42,484 nt of DNA from Mycobacteriaceae bacterium (lineage in GTDB: Bacteria; Actinomycetota; Actinomycetes; Mycobacteriales; Mycobacteriaceae). Position 1 is the first letter of the stretch, and the number at the start of each line of letters is the position of its first letter. Positions 1-9,765 of the stretch are shown one piece after another. The position numbers were made by a program, and so were the translations under genes. Location: contig JAPOHV010000001.1 of the NCBI GenBank assembly GCA_029979305.1, positions 1-42,484 of the forward strand, given 5' to 3'. The notes beneath the pieces are model-generated. The model saw only the letters and a program-made list of their open reading frames with translations, had not been told where the DNA came from and did no database searches.

Positions 1-2
1 AC

Positions 3-989
3 ATGGCCGAGATCGCCGAGTCGATCGCCCACCGGTGGCCCGACGGCGCACGGATCGACCTCGACGCCGAAGCACGGCGGGTGACTCTGGGGGCACTCGG
101 GCGCTCAGTGCTCGGGTTGGACCTGGATTCCCGAACCGACGCCGTGGCCGGCCCGGTCCGCACGGCCGCGAACTACATCGCCGACCGCGGCGCCAGCCCG
201 CTTCGCGCCCCGCGGTGGCTGCCGACCCCGGCGCGCCGGCGCGCCCGCGCAGCCAGCGCTGTCCTCCACCGGTTGGCCGGGGAGATCCTGCAGGCCTGCC
301 GCGCCGACCCCGACCGCGACGCACCCCTGGTGCATGCCCTGATCCGAGCCGAGGATCCCCAGACCGGCCGGCCACTGTCCGATGCAGAGATCCGCGACGA
401 ACTGGTCATCTTCCTGATCGCCGGCCACGACACCACCTCAACCGCACTGGGCTACGCGCTGTGGGCCTTGGGTCACCACCCCGAGATCCAGGACCGGGTC
501 CGCGCCGAGGCCGCCGGGTTCGGCGAGCGCCGACTGCTCCCGACCGACGTCGGGCACCTGCCTCATACCGTCGCGGTGCTCCATGAGGCGCTGCGGCTGT
601 GCCCGCCGGCACCCATCGTCACCCGCACAGCGATGTGTGACGTCGACGTCGACGGCTACCGCGTCGAGGCCGGCACGGAGGTGGTGGTCGGGATCGGTGC
701 CCTGCACCGTGACCCCACCCTCTGGGACAAGCCGCTGGTCTTCGACCCCGGCCGGTTCGGCCCCGAAAACTCGACCGGCCGCGATCGCTGGCAGTACCTG
801 CCGTTCGGAGGCGGCCCGCGCTCCTGCATCGGCGACCACTTCGCCATGCTGGAAGCCATCCTGGCGCTGGCGACGATCATCCGCGGCACCGAGATATGTT
901 CCTGCTCAGATGCTTTCCCGGTTGCCGTGCCGTTCACCGCGGTAGCCGCCGCGCCCGTTTGGGCCGTCGCGCGCAGGGTCGGACTGTGA
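3..989 (+). CDS. Cytochrome P450, probably 5'-truncated by the window edge
   Basis: I-helix AGHDTTS, ExxR (EALR), heme-binding FGGGPRSCIG; 328 aa is short for a P450 and the ORF starts at the window edge. Confidence 0.93.
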   Translation: MAEIAESIAHRWPDGARIDLDAEARRVTLGALGRSVLGLDLDSRTDAVAGPVRTAANYIADRGASPLRAPRWLPTPARRRARAASAVLHRLAGEILQACRADPDRDAPLVHALIRAEDPQTGRPLSDAEIRDELVIFLIAGHDTTSTALGYALWALGHHPEIQDRVRAEAAGFGERRLLPTDVGHLPHTVAVLHEALRLCPPAPIVTRTAMCDVDVDGYRVEAGTEVVVGIGALHRDPTLWDKPLVFDPGRFGPENSTGRDRWQYLPFGGGPRSCIGDHFAMLEAILALATIIRGTEICSCSDAFPVAVPFTAVAAAPVWAVARRVGL

Positions 990-990
990 C

Positions 991-1016
991 CGCCGGGGAC
1001 ACCCAAGCGGCGCTTT
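991..1016. terminator. Possible GC-rich hairpin between the convergent P450 and SDR genes
   Basis: CGCCG-GGG-ACA-CCC-AAG-CGGCG followed by CTTT; bulged stem, weak U-tract. Confidence 0.3.
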
Positions 1017-1028
1017 CCCATCTGAGAA

Positions 1029-1880
1029 TCAGGCAGGCTGCCCCGGCCGGGGGAACTGGGCGGCCAGGAACCGGTCCCACAGGGCGTCGCTCATCAAACC
1101 GTTGGCGCCGATGAGCAGATGTGCCGAGGGCGTCACTCGCATCCGGATCGGCGGGTGTTTGGCGGTGATGGCCTTCTCCACCGCCTTTGCCACGCTGTCG
1201 GCGTCGCCCCCGAGTTTGGCCAGCGGGCCCTTGGCGTACGCGTCCTCGGTCGCCGCGCCGACCGCGGCGTTGAAGTCCGCGTAGGGACCGCTGTCGGAAG
1301 CCAACGCGGTCTGGGCCGTGGCGGCGAATTCGGTTCGGATCAAACCGGGTTGAACGATCACCACATCCACACCGAAGCCCTTGACCTCAAAACGCAGCGC
1401 ATCACTGATCGCTTCGACGGCGTACTTGGACGCGTGGTAGGCGCCGCCGCCCGGGAAAGTGAAGTTCGCCCCCATGGAACTGATGTTGACGATGCGCCCC
1501 CAGTGCTGGGCGCGCATCCCGGGAAGCACCAGTTGGCACATGCGCACCAACCCGAAGACGTTGGTCTCGAACTGCCGGCGCAGATCGTCCATCGACAGAG
1601 TCTCGATGGCACCGGACTGGGAGTAGCCGGCATTGTTGATCAACACACCGACGGCACCCTGCTCGTCGACGACGCGCCCGACCGCCGCGGTCATGGAAGC
1701 CTCGTCGGTGACATCGAGGGCGAGGGTTCGCGCGCCGGCCGCCGCCAGGTCGGCCAGGGAGTCCACACGACGGGCGGTGGCGTAGACGGTGTGGCCTGCC
1801 CGGGCCAGCCGCAGCGCGGTGGCGTGCCCGATGCCGGTGGAGCAGCCGGTGATGAGCACGGCCCTGGAGACTTCAGTCAT
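1029..1880 (-). CDS. Short-chain dehydrogenase/reductase (SDR)
   Basis: TGCSTGIG Rossmann motif, NNAG, YHASK catalytic motif; start moved to ATG 1880 (MTEVSR), 6 nt below a TACCGT -10. Confidence 0.92.
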   Translation of the reverse strand: MTEVSRAVLITGCSTGIGHATALRLARAGHTVYATARRVDSLADLAAAGARTLALDVTDEASMTAAVGRVVDEQGAVGVLINNAGYSQSGAIETLSMDDLRRQFETNVFGLVRMCQLVLPGMRAQHWGRIVNISSMGANFTFPGGGAYHASKYAVEAISDALRFEVKGFGVDVVIVQPGLIRTEFAATAQTALASDSGPYADFNAAVGAATEDAYAKGPLAKLGGDADSVAKAVEKAITAKHPPIRMRVTPSAHLLIGANGLMSDALWDRFLAAQFPRPGQPA

Positions 1881-1886
1881 TCCGAC

Positions 1887-1919
1887 ACGGTAGACAGTTG
1901 TTGCGAAAAGTGTCAATGT
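1887..1919. promoter_or_regulatory. Overlapping divergent promoters for the SDR and TetR genes, possible TetR operator
   Basis: Minus strand TTGACA(1916-1911)-N18-TACCGT(1892-1887); plus strand TAGACA(1891-1896)-N17-CAATGT(1914-1919); TAGACA/TGTCAA form an imperfect inverted repeat. Confidence 0.6.
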
Positions 1920-1935
1920 TGTCGATTCTGTACAG

Positions 1936-2547
1936 ATGGCCGCGGGGATGACGACGGGTGAGGCTATCGGGGCGGCGGCGCTTGCCGAGTTCACCGCTTT
2001 CGGTTATCGCCGGGCGTCGATCGAGAGCATCGCCCGCCGAGCTCAGGTGTCTCGGGCGACGGTGTACACGCACTGCAGCGGCAAGGACGAGTTGTTCCGC
2101 GCGCTGGTGTCAGGTCTGCACGAGGAGCACCTGGCGGCGATGCAGACGATCGCCGATGCGCCGGAACTCGACGTCAAAAGCCGGATCACCCGGCTGCTGC
2201 AGGCACGCTTCCTGCGTTTCGTGGAGTTGACGTCAAGCTCTCCGCACGCTGCGGAACTCTACGACCGTCACGGTGCGCTATGCGGCGACATCGCCCAGGA
2301 CGCCCACCGCCGGGCGGAGCAGCTCATCGCCACGGTCCTGCGGCGGGCGATCAGCGCCGGCGAGATCGACCTGTCTCGGGCCGGCCTCACCATCGCCCAA
2401 CTTGCCGGGGTCCTCAGCGACTGCGCCTTCGGCGCCAAGGGCGAGGACCCCTCCCGCACAACACCATCGGAGTTCACGGCCCGACTCAGCCGGAGCGTGG
2501 CGGTGATCATCGCCGGAGTCGGCGGCCCCGCCGTCAGTCCTCGGTGA
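1936..2547 (+). CDS. TetR/AcrR family transcriptional regulator
   Basis: N-terminal HTH GYRRASIESIARRAQVSRATVYTH; divergent from the SDR; alternative start ATG 1948. Confidence 0.9.
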   Translation: MAAGMTTGEAIGAAALAEFTAFGYRRASIESIARRAQVSRATVYTHCSGKDELFRALVSGLHEEHLAAMQTIADAPELDVKSRITRLLQARFLRFVELTSSSPHAAELYDRHGALCGDIAQDAHRRAEQLIATVLRRAISAGEIDLSRAGLTIAQLAGVLSDCAFGAKGEDPSRTTPSEFTARLSRSVAVIIAGVGGPAVSPR

Positions 2548-3877
2548 GATCGGACTCGTCGCGCTGGGCGTCGAGCATCGTGAGTTCGTCGAACGGGTCC
2601 CGGCCACTGAGCACCGCATCGACCTTGGCCGCATCGACGGTGCGCGTCCATGATCCGACCAGCAAGGTCGCGACGGCGTTTCCGGAGAAGTTCGTCACCG
2701 ACCGGGCCTCCGACATGAACCGGTCGATGCCGACGATCAGGCCGACACCGTCAAGCAGTTGGGGCCGATGCGCCTGAAGGCCGCCGGCCAGCGTCGCCAG
2801 TCCGGCTCCGCTCACCCCCGCCGCACCCTTTGACGCGATGATCATGAAGGCCAGCAGGCCGATCTGTTCGCCCACCGACAGCGGTTGCCCGAGGGCGTCG
2901 GCGATGTAGAGCGACGCCATCGTCAGATAGATCGCCGTGCCGTCCAGATTGAACGAATAGCCGGTCGGCACAACCACTCCCACCGTGCTCGGCTGCACCC
3001 CCAGATGCTCCATCTTGGCGATCAGCCGGGGCAGTGCGGACTCCGACGACGACGTCGCGAAGATGAGCAGATACTCCCGCGCCAGATAGCGCACCAGCCG
3101 GAAGATCGAGACCCGCGACACGACCCACAGCAGCACACCGAGCAGAACGAACACGAACAGCACGCATGTCAGGTAGAACCCGAGCATCAGGGTCAGCAGG
3201 CTGGTCACTGCCCGCCAACCGGTCTGCGCCACCACGTTGGCAAGAGCACCGAACGCCCCGATAGGAGCCAGCCAGAGCACCATCGCCAGGATCTTGAAAA
3301 CCAGCCGCTGCAGCTGCTCGACCGCTCCCAGGATGGGTTCACCCCGGCCACCGAGTGACTGCAGGGCGAATCCGACCAGCAGCGAGACGAACAGCGCCTG
3401 CAGGACATTCCCGGCGGTGAGCGCCGAGAACAGTGTCTTCGGGATGATGTTGTTGAGGAATTCGACGACACCGCCGGAGGCGTGGGCCTTGTCCGCCAGT
3501 TGCGCGCCCTTCCCTGCCAGTGACTCGGTCAGGTGCAGATCCTCCCCGGCGTGCAGCACGTTTCCCACCGCGAGGCCGATGGCGAGGGCAACGGTGGACA
3601 TCACCATGAAGTAGGCGAAGGCCAGGCCGCCGATCTTGCCGACGGTTGCGGCCTTGCGCACCGATCCCACGCCGAGCACGATCGTGCAGAAGATCACCGG
3701 CGTGATCATCATCTTGATCAGGTCGACGAACATCGTGCCCAGCACGCCGACCTTGGTGCCCGCTCCCGGCGCGAGCAGACCGAAGATCACCCCGCCGACG
3801 GCCGCGGCGATGACCCCCAGATAGAGCCAGTGTGTGCGGTCGCGCGGCGGGGAGGGGCGAAGCCCGGCGCCCGTCAT
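2534..3877 (-). CDS. dctA: C4-dicarboxylate:cation symporter (DAACS family, DctA-like)
   Basis: FATSSSESALP, GYSFNLDGT, SKGAAGV, GIDRFMSEAR motifs; ATG 3877 overlaps the upstream stop (ATGA). Confidence 0.88.
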   Translation of the reverse strand: MTGAGLRPSPPRDRTHWLYLGVIAAAVGGVIFGLLAPGAGTKVGVLGTMFVDLIKMMITPVIFCTIVLGVGSVRKAATVGKIGGLAFAYFMVMSTVALAIGLAVGNVLHAGEDLHLTESLAGKGAQLADKAHASGGVVEFLNNIIPKTLFSALTAGNVLQALFVSLLVGFALQSLGGRGEPILGAVEQLQRLVFKILAMVLWLAPIGAFGALANVVAQTGWRAVTSLLTLMLGFYLTCVLFVFVLLGVLLWVVSRVSIFRLVRYLAREYLLIFATSSSESALPRLIAKMEHLGVQPSTVGVVVPTGYSFNLDGTAIYLTMASLYIADALGQPLSVGEQIGLLAFMIIASKGAAGVSGAGLATLAGGLQAHRPQLLDGVGLIVGIDRFMSEARSVTNFSGNAVATLLVGSWTRTVDAAKVDAVLSGRDPFDELTMLDAQRDESDLTED

Positions 3878-4239
3878 TGCGCCGACCACAGCAGCGCGGC
3901 CGCCCCCACCAGTTCGACGAGGAAATAGAACCAATTGGGATAGAAGGCCTTCGGGCGGTCGGCGACGCCGGACACCAACCGTCCGAACGCCATTCCGCCC
4001 AGGGCTGCAGCCACCGTGATCAGGATCCCGTCGCGCGCGGGATGCCCCGTGGCCGCCAAGGTCAGCACACCGGCGATGGCCAGGCCGAAACCGCCGTAGA
4101 CGGCGCGGACCTCTGCGCGTGCGGTGGGGTCGGGCAGTGCGATACCGAAGGGGCGGATCATGTCGGCCGGCCGCATCAGGGCGAAGACACCCATGCCCGC
4201 GAAGAACACGATCATCACGACGATCACGACAGCTTCCAC
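3874..4239 (-). CDS. Small membrane protein, DUF4345-like
   Basis: Four hydrophobic segments, EVRAVYGG and GRLVS motifs; GTG 4239 preceded by AGAAGG RBS. Confidence 0.75.
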   Translation of the reverse strand: MEAVVIVVMIVFFAGMGVFALMRPADMIRPFGIALPDPTARAEVRAVYGGFGLAIAGVLTLAATGHPARDGILITVAAALGGMAFGRLVSGVADRPKAFYPNWFYFLVELVGAAALLWSAQ

Positions 4240-4305
4240 GGCCCCTTCTTTCTGACCGTCGAGTCGTCGTGTCCGACTCGGAGAAGATACTTTCGAAACC
4301 AAGGG

Positions 4306-4378
4306 CGCGCCCGAAGGGATTCGAACCCCTAACCTTCTGATCCGTAGTCAGATGCTCTATCCGTTGAGCTACGGGCGC
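4306..4378 (-). tRNA. tRNA-Arg(ACG)
   Basis: GCGCCCG acceptor stem, anticodon loop CT-ACG-GA, T-loop GGTTCGAATCC; CCA not encoded. Confidence 0.97.
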
Positions 4379-4417
4379 CGATCTTCAGTTGTTCGTGGCT
4401 GATGCGATCAGCCGCGG

Positions 4418-4506
4418 CGGAGGCGAGAGGATTTGAACCTCCGGTCCCCTTGAAGGGGGACAACTCATTAGCAGTGAGTCCCATTCGGCCGCTCTGGCAC
4501 GCCTCC
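4418..4506 (-). tRNA. tRNA-Ser(GCT)
   Basis: GGAGGCG acceptor stem, anticodon CT-GCT-AA, long variable arm, GGTTCAAATCC; CCA not encoded. Confidence 0.97.
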
Positions 4507-4519
4507 TGAGCCGTGGAAG

Positions 4520-4549
4520 AGCGTACACATGCCCTTTGAGGGATGGCAA
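4520..4549 (-). promoter_or_regulatory. SigA-type promoter of the tRNA-Ser/tRNA-Arg pair
   Basis: TTGCCA(4549-4544)-N18-TACGCT(4525-4520) just upstream of tRNA-Ser. Confidence 0.6.
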
Positions 4550-4583
4550 AAGCCAGTTCAGTGCCCCACCTAGACTCATTCGG

Positions 4584-5648
4584 GTGACCGCGCGCCTGCG
4601 CCCCGAACTGGCCGATCTGCCGGCCTACAAACCCGGCAAGACGGTACCCGGGGCCATCAAGCTGGCCAGCAACGAGACGGTCCACGGCCCGCTGCCCGGC
4701 GTGCGGGCGGCCATCGCGGCGGCCACTGAGAACATCAACCGCTACCCCGACAACGGCCAGGTCGAACTCAAAGAACAGCTGGCCCGGCACCTGTCCGCCG
4801 GCGCGGAGGTCCCGCCGGAGCGGATCGCGGTGGGTTGCGGGTCGGTGAGCCTGTGCCAGCAACTGATCCAGATCACCTGCACGGTCGGCGACGAGGTGGT
4901 GTTCGGCTGGCGCAGCTTCGAGGTGTACCCGCTGCAGGTCCGGGTCGCCGGCGCCACCCCGGTGCAGGTGCCGTTGCGCGATCACACCTTCGACCTGGAC
5001 GCGATGCTGGCCGCCGTCACCGACCGCACCCGGCTGATCTTCGTCTGCAACCCGAACAACCCGACCTCGACGGTGGTCGACCCCGACGAGCTGGCCCGGT
5101 TCGTGGCCGCCGTCCCGCCTGAGATCCTGGTGGTGATCGACGAGGCATATGTCGAGTACATCCGTGACGGCCTGCTCCCCGACAGCCTCGGGCTGGCCCG
5201 GGACTATCCGAATGTCGTTGTGCTGCGAACTTTCTCGAAGGCCTACGGGCTGGCCGGGCTGCGGGTCGGCTACGCCGTCGGCGATCCGGAGGTGATCACC
5301 GCGCTGGGCAAGGTGTACGTGCCGTTCACCGCCAGCAGCATCTCCCAGGCCGCGGCGATCGCCTCGCTGCAGGCCGCCGACGAACTGCTGGCACGCACCG
5401 ACGCGGTGGTCGAGGAGCGCCGCCGGGTCAGCACCGAACTGACCGCGCTGGGCTATGAGGTACCGGCCTCACAGGCCAACTTCGTCTGGCTGCCACTGGC
5501 CGAGCGCACCGCGGAGTTCGCCGCCGAGGGCGCCGAGGCCGGCGTGCTGGTGCGCCCCTACGCGGGCGAAGGCGCGCGGGTGAGCATCGGCGCACAGGCG
5601 GAGAACGACGCGTTCCTGGCTTTCGCCCGCCAGTGGGCACGCCGCTGA
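4584..5648 (+). CDS. pat: Aromatic amino acid / histidinol-phosphate aminotransferase (Rv3772-like, hisC2/pat)
   Basis: [36 protein letters not shown] motif; GTG 4584 is 7 nt after TAGACT; position next to the Ser/Arg tRNAs. Confidence 0.9.
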   Translation: MTARLRPELADLPAYKPGKTVPGAIKLASNETVHGPLPGVRAAIAAATENINRYPDNGQVELKEQLARHLSAGAEVPPERIAVGCGSVSLCQQLIQITCTVGDEVVFGWRSFEVYPLQVRVAGATPVQVPLRDHTFDLDAMLAAVTDRTRLIFVCNPNNPTSTVVDPDELARFVAAVPPEILVVIDEAYVEYIRDGLLPDSLGLARDYPNVVVLRTFSKAYGLAGLRVGYAVGDPEVITALGKVYVPFTASSISQAAAIASLQAADELLARTDAVVEERRRVSTELTALGYEVPASQANFVWLPLAERTAEFAAEGAEAGVLVRPYAGEGARVSIGAQAENDAFLAFARQWARR

Positions 5649-5707
5649 CCGGCCGCGACGGCGCGGCGGTTAGCGTGGAACACGGGACAACGAGGAGGGA
5701 TTCAGCC

Positions 5708-6643
5708 TTGGGCAGGATCTACGGCAACGTCAGTGAGTTGGTCGGACACACCCCATTGGTCCGGCTCAACCGGCTGACCGAGGGACTCGGCGCCGACGTG
5801 GTGGCAAAACTCGAGTTCTACAACCCGGCCAACAGCGTCAAGGACCGCATCGGCGCGGCGATCATCGACGCCGCCGAGCGCTCCGGAGAACTCCAGCCCG
5901 GCGGCACCATCGTCGAAGCCACCAGCGGCAACACCGGCATCGCGCTGGCGATGGTCGGAGCCGCCCGCGGCTATCGGGTGATCCTGACCATGCCCGAGAC
6001 CATGTCCACGGAGCGGCGGGTCATGCTGCGCGCCTACGGCGCCCAGATCGTGCTCACCCCCGGTTCGGAGGGGATGGCCGGCGCGGTGGCCCGCGCCAAG
6101 CAGATCATCGCCGAGACCCCCAACGCCATCGCGGCCAACCAGTTCGGCAACCCGGCCAACCCGGCGATCCACGAGAAGACCACCGCCGAGGAGGTGTGGG
6201 CCGACACCGATGGCAAGGTCGACATCTTCGTTGCCGGCATCGGCACCGGCGGAACGATCACCGGCGTGAGCCGGGTGCTGAAGTCGCGCAAGCCCTCGGT
6301 TCAGATCGTCGGAGTCGAGCCCAAGGACTCCCCGCTGCTGACCGAGGGCAACGCCGGCCCGCACAAGATCCAGGGCATCGGCGCCAACTTCGTCCCCGAG
6401 GTGCTCGACCACGACAGCTACGACGAGATCGTTGACGTCGAACTCGACGACGCCGTGCGGGTGGCCCGCGATCTGGGAACCGAGGAGGGCATCCTGGGCG
6501 GCATCTCCTCCGGCGCGATCGTCTGGGCCGCACTGGAACTGGCCAAGCGTCCGGAGAACGCCGGGAAGCTCATCGTCGCGGTGGTGTGCGACTACGGCGA
6601 GCGTTATATCTCCACCGTCATGTTCGACGACATCCGGGACTGA
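5708..6643 (+). CDS. cysK: Cysteine synthase A (O-acetylserine sulfhydrylase)
   Basis: [12 protein letters not shown] lysine, [19 protein letters not shown]; TTG start after GAGGAGG RBS. Confidence 0.95.
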   Translation: MGRIYGNVSELVGHTPLVRLNRLTEGLGADVVAKLEFYNPANSVKDRIGAAIIDAAERSGELQPGGTIVEATSGNTGIALAMVGAARGYRVILTMPETMSTERRVMLRAYGAQIVLTPGSEGMAGAVARAKQIIAETPNAIAANQFGNPANPAIHEKTTAEEVWADTDGKVDIFVAGIGTGGTITGVSRVLKSRKPSVQIVGVEPKDSPLLTEGNAGPHKIQGIGANFVPEVLDHDSYDEIVDVELDDAVRVARDLGTEEGILGGISSGAIVWAALELAKRPENAGKLIVAVVCDYGERYISTVMFDDIRD

Positions 6644-6646
6644 CGC

Positions 6647-7231
6647 GTGACACTGCTGGCGACGCTGCGGGAGGATCTGCGCAACGCGCGCCTGCACGAC
6701 CCCGCCGCCCGCGGCGATGTGGAGAACGCCCTGGTCTACTCCGGTCTGCATGCGATCTGGTCGCATCGTCTGGCCCATCGCATGTGGGCGGTGCCGGCGT
6801 TGCGCGGTGCGGCGCGGATTCTTGCCCAGCTGACCCGGCTACTCACCGGCATCGAGATCCATCCCGGGGCGACCATCGGCCGCCGCTTCTTCATCGACCA
6901 CGGCATGGGTGTGGTGATCGGCGAGACCGCCGAGATCGGCGACGACGTGATGCTCTATCACGGTGTCACCCTCGGCGGACGGTCGCTGGAGCACGGCAAA
7001 CGCCACCCCACCCTGGGCGACAGGGTCACCATTGGAGCCGGGGCCAAGGTCCTGGGCCCGGTGAACATCGGCTCCGACAGCGCGATCGGCGCCAATGCCG
7101 TTGTCACCCATGATGTTCCGGCCGAGTCGATAGCGACCGGAATCCCGGCGGTGGTGCGGTCGCGCTCGGATCGGCAGCGTGAGCCACTGGTAGACCCGAC
7201 CACCTACATCGACCCCGCGATGTACATCTGA
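6647..7231 (+). CDS. cysE: Serine O-acetyltransferase
   Basis: [33 protein letters not shown] hexapeptide repeats; C-terminal Ile; 3 nt after cysK. Confidence 0.95.
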   Translation: MTLLATLREDLRNARLHDPAARGDVENALVYSGLHAIWSHRLAHRMWAVPALRGAARILAQLTRLLTGIEIHPGATIGRRFFIDHGMGVVIGETAEIGDDVMLYHGVTLGGRSLEHGKRHPTLGDRVTIGAGAKVLGPVNIGSDSAIGANAVVTHDVPAESIATGIPAVVRSRSDRQREPLVDPTTYIDPAMYI

Positions 7232-7245
7232 GTAGCCTCAGACCC

Positions 7246-8070
7246 ATGAGCACCCGCGAAGCCCTCAGCGTCGAGATCAAGGACAACGTCGCCCAGGTGA
7301 CCCTGCTGGGCCCAGGCAAGGGCAACGCCATGGGTCCGGCATTCTGGGCGGAGATGCCGGTGGTGTTCGGTGAACTCGACGCCGATCCCGAGGTGCGCGC
7401 GATCGTGCTGGCAGGGTCGGGACGGAACTTCAGCTACGGGCTGGACCTGCTCGCCATGGGCGCCACCCTGCCTTCGGTCGACGCAGGCTCGGACTCCTCG
7501 GCGCGGCCCCGCGCGAAGTTCCACACCGAACTCAAGCGGTTGCAGGCCTCGATCAGCGCGGTGGCCGACTGCCGCACCCCGACCATCGCCGCGATCCAGG
7601 GCTGGTGCATCGGCGGCGGTGTCGACCTGGTCAGCGCGGTGGACATCCGCTACGCCAGCGCCGATGCGAAGTTCTCCGTCCGCGAGGTGAAGCTGGCGAT
7701 CGTCGCCGACGTGGGCAGCCTGGCCCGGTTGCCCTACATCCTCTCCGACGGGCATCTGCGGGAGTTGGCGCTGACCGGCAAAGACATCGACGCCGCCCGC
7801 GCGGAGAAGATCGGTCTGGTCAACGAGGTGTTCCCCGACCACGAGGCGACCCTGGCGGCCGCGCACGCCACCGCCGCCGAGATCGCCGCGAACTCGCCGC
7901 TGACGGTGCGCGGCATCAAGTACGTGCTCGACGAGCAGCGTATCGACCAGGTCGCCGCCAGCCTGCGCTATGTGGCGGCCTGGAACGCGGCCTTCCTGCC
8001 GTCGAAGGACCTCAAGGAAGCCGTCACCGCGATGTTCGAGAAACGACCGCCGAACTTCACCGGGGAATGA
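7246..8070 (+). CDS. echA21: Enoyl-CoA hydratase/crotonase (Rv3774-like)
   Basis: FSYGLDL, GWCIGGG, DIRYAS motifs; synteny. Confidence 0.88.
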   Translation: MSTREALSVEIKDNVAQVTLLGPGKGNAMGPAFWAEMPVVFGELDADPEVRAIVLAGSGRNFSYGLDLLAMGATLPSVDAGSDSSARPRAKFHTELKRLQASISAVADCRTPTIAAIQGWCIGGGVDLVSAVDIRYASADAKFSVREVKLAIVADVGSLARLPYILSDGHLRELALTGKDIDAARAEKIGLVNEVFPDHEATLAAAHATAAEIAANSPLTVRGIKYVLDEQRIDQVAASLRYVAAWNAAFLPSKDLKEAVTAMFEKRPPNFTGE

Positions 8071-8082
8071 CCCCGGAAAGAG

Positions 8083-8169
8083 CGGTGGCGGAGGGATTTG
8101 AACCCCCGGACGGGTTTAGCCGTCTCTCGCTTTCAAGGCGAGTGCATTAGGCCGCTCTGCCACGCCACC
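8083..8169 (-). tRNA. tRNA-Ser(TGA)
   Basis: GGTGGCG acceptor stem, anticodon CT-TGA-AA, long variable arm, GGTTCAAATCC. Confidence 0.97.
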
Positions 8170-8186
8170 GCCGACCAGCGTAGCGG

Positions 8187-8708
8187 TCAGCCGCGAGCGG
8201 ACTTGCCGTTGGAACCGTTGGTCTTCAGTTCGGTGCTGATCCGCCGGCAGTTCTCCCCCATCGCCGACATCTGCGGGCGGGTCAGCGGCTTGACGAACTG
8301 CTGGCGCACCCCGTCGGCGTAGGTGACGATCGCCTCGGACACCACGTCCCTGCCCTGCTTGGTGATGCTGGCCAGCACTCCGCGGCCGTCCTCGGGGCTG
8401 GCCTCGCGCCGGACCAGACCGGCGTCCTCCAGGCGCCGGATCTGACGGGTCACCCGGCTGGGCAGCGACAGCAACTGCTCGGCGAGATCGCCCATCCGGG
8501 CGGCGCCCGTCTCGGCATTGTTCAGGATGTCCAGCAGTCGGACATCGAGAAGCGTCAGCTGGTGCTCGGCTGACAGCGCACGGTTCAACGTGCCGTACAT
8601 CCGCAGTGCCGCATCCAGAAAGTGTTCCCAGGCCCGCTGCTCGGCGATATCGAGCCCTGGCATGGCACTAGCAGTCCGCCCCGTCATGGTCCCACCCATG
8701 GTCGCCAT
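8187..8708 (-). CDS. MarR family transcriptional regulator (start uncertain: 8708, 8699 or 8687)
   Basis: Winged HTH RMGDLAE..SRVTRQIRRLEDAGLVRR..DGRG. Confidence 0.87.
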   Translation of the reverse strand: MATMGGTMTGRTASAMPGLDIAEQRAWEHFLDAALRMYGTLNRALSAEHQLTLLDVRLLDILNNAETGAARMGDLAEQLLSLPSRVTRQIRRLEDAGLVRREASPEDGRGVLASITKQGRDVVSEAIVTYADGVRQQFVKPLTRPQMSAMGENCRRISTELKTNGSNGKSARG

Positions 8709-8783
8709 GTTAGGTGATCTGGAAGTAAAGAATAAGGAATCAGATCGGTCCGTCATTTTCGGTCGCGAGTAGCCTCAACGTCC

Positions 8784-9764
8784 GTGCAGGCCATCGTCTC
8801 CGACTCCGGGCAACTGGTGTGGCGGGAGGTGCCCGACGTGTCGGCCGGGCCCGGCGAGGTGGTCATCGAGGTCTGCGCGGCCGGGGTAAACCGGGCCGAT
8901 CTGCTGCAGGCCGCCGGGAAGTACCCGCCGCCGTCCGGCGCCAGCGACATACTCGGTCTGGAGGTCTCCGGGACCATCCGTCAGGTCGGCGGCGAGGTCC
9001 CCAATCATGCTGTGGGCGAAGAGGTTTGCGCTCTGCTGGCCGGCGGCGGTTATGCCGAGTACGTCGCGGTGGCGGCTGAGCAGGTGATGCCGGTCCCGGG
9101 CGGGGTCACCATGACGGATGCCGCCGGGCTACCCGAGGCGGCGTGCACGGTGTGGTCCAACCTGGTGATGACGGCACACCTGGGGCCCGGCGAGTTCATG
9201 CTGATTCACGGCGGGGCCAGCGGAATCGGCACCCACGCCATCCAGATCGCCAAGGCCCTGGGCGCCGGGGTCGCGGTAACAGCCGGATCGCCGGAAAAGC
9301 TGCGGCTGTGCGCGGATCTGGGCGCCGACGTCCTCATCGGCTACCGCGACGAGGACTTCGTCGACCGGGTGCACGCGGCCACCGGCGGCCGGGGCGCCGA
9401 TCTCATCCTCGACCTGATGGGTGCGTCCTATCTGGACCGCAACCTCACCGCCCTGGCCGTCGACGGCCGGTTGGTGATCATCGGGATGCAGGGCGGGGTC
9501 AAGGCCGAACTCAACATCGCCGCCCTGATCGGCAAGAGGCTGTCGGTGCTGGGCACCGCCCTGCGCGGCCGGCCGGTCGGCGGCCCGCACGGCAAGGCCA
9601 CGATCGTCTCGGCGGTCGTCGAGTCGGTATGGCCGATGATGGCCGCCGGGACGGTGCGGCCGGTGGTCGGAGCCCGGTTGCCCATCGAGCAGGCCGCCGA
9701 GGCACACCGCGCCCTCGCCGCGGGTGAAACCTCCGGCAAGATCCTGCTGACCGTCGGCGGGTAG
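8784..9764 (+). CDS. NAD(P)H:quinone oxidoreductase, PIG3/zeta-crystallin type (Rv3777-like)
   Basis: AGVNRADLLQ, ILGLE, IHGGASGIG, GKILL motifs. Confidence 0.92.
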   Translation: MQAIVSDSGQLVWREVPDVSAGPGEVVIEVCAAGVNRADLLQAAGKYPPPSGASDILGLEVSGTIRQVGGEVPNHAVGEEVCALLAGGGYAEYVAVAAEQVMPVPGGVTMTDAAGLPEAACTVWSNLVMTAHLGPGEFMLIHGGASGIGTHAIQIAKALGAGVAVTAGSPEKLRLCADLGADVLIGYRDEDFVDRVHAATGGRGADLILDLMGASYLDRNLTALAVDGRLVIIGMQGGVKAELNIAALIGKRLSVLGTALRGRPVGGPHGKATIVSAVVESVWPMMAAGTVRPVVGARLPIEQAAEAHRALAAGETSGKILLTVGG

Positions 9765-9765
9765 G

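Noticed and set aside
1-4305. Integrative island at the tRNA-Arg 3' end
   Set aside because: No integrase and no duplicated tRNA 3' end (att) visible in the window; codon style matches the host
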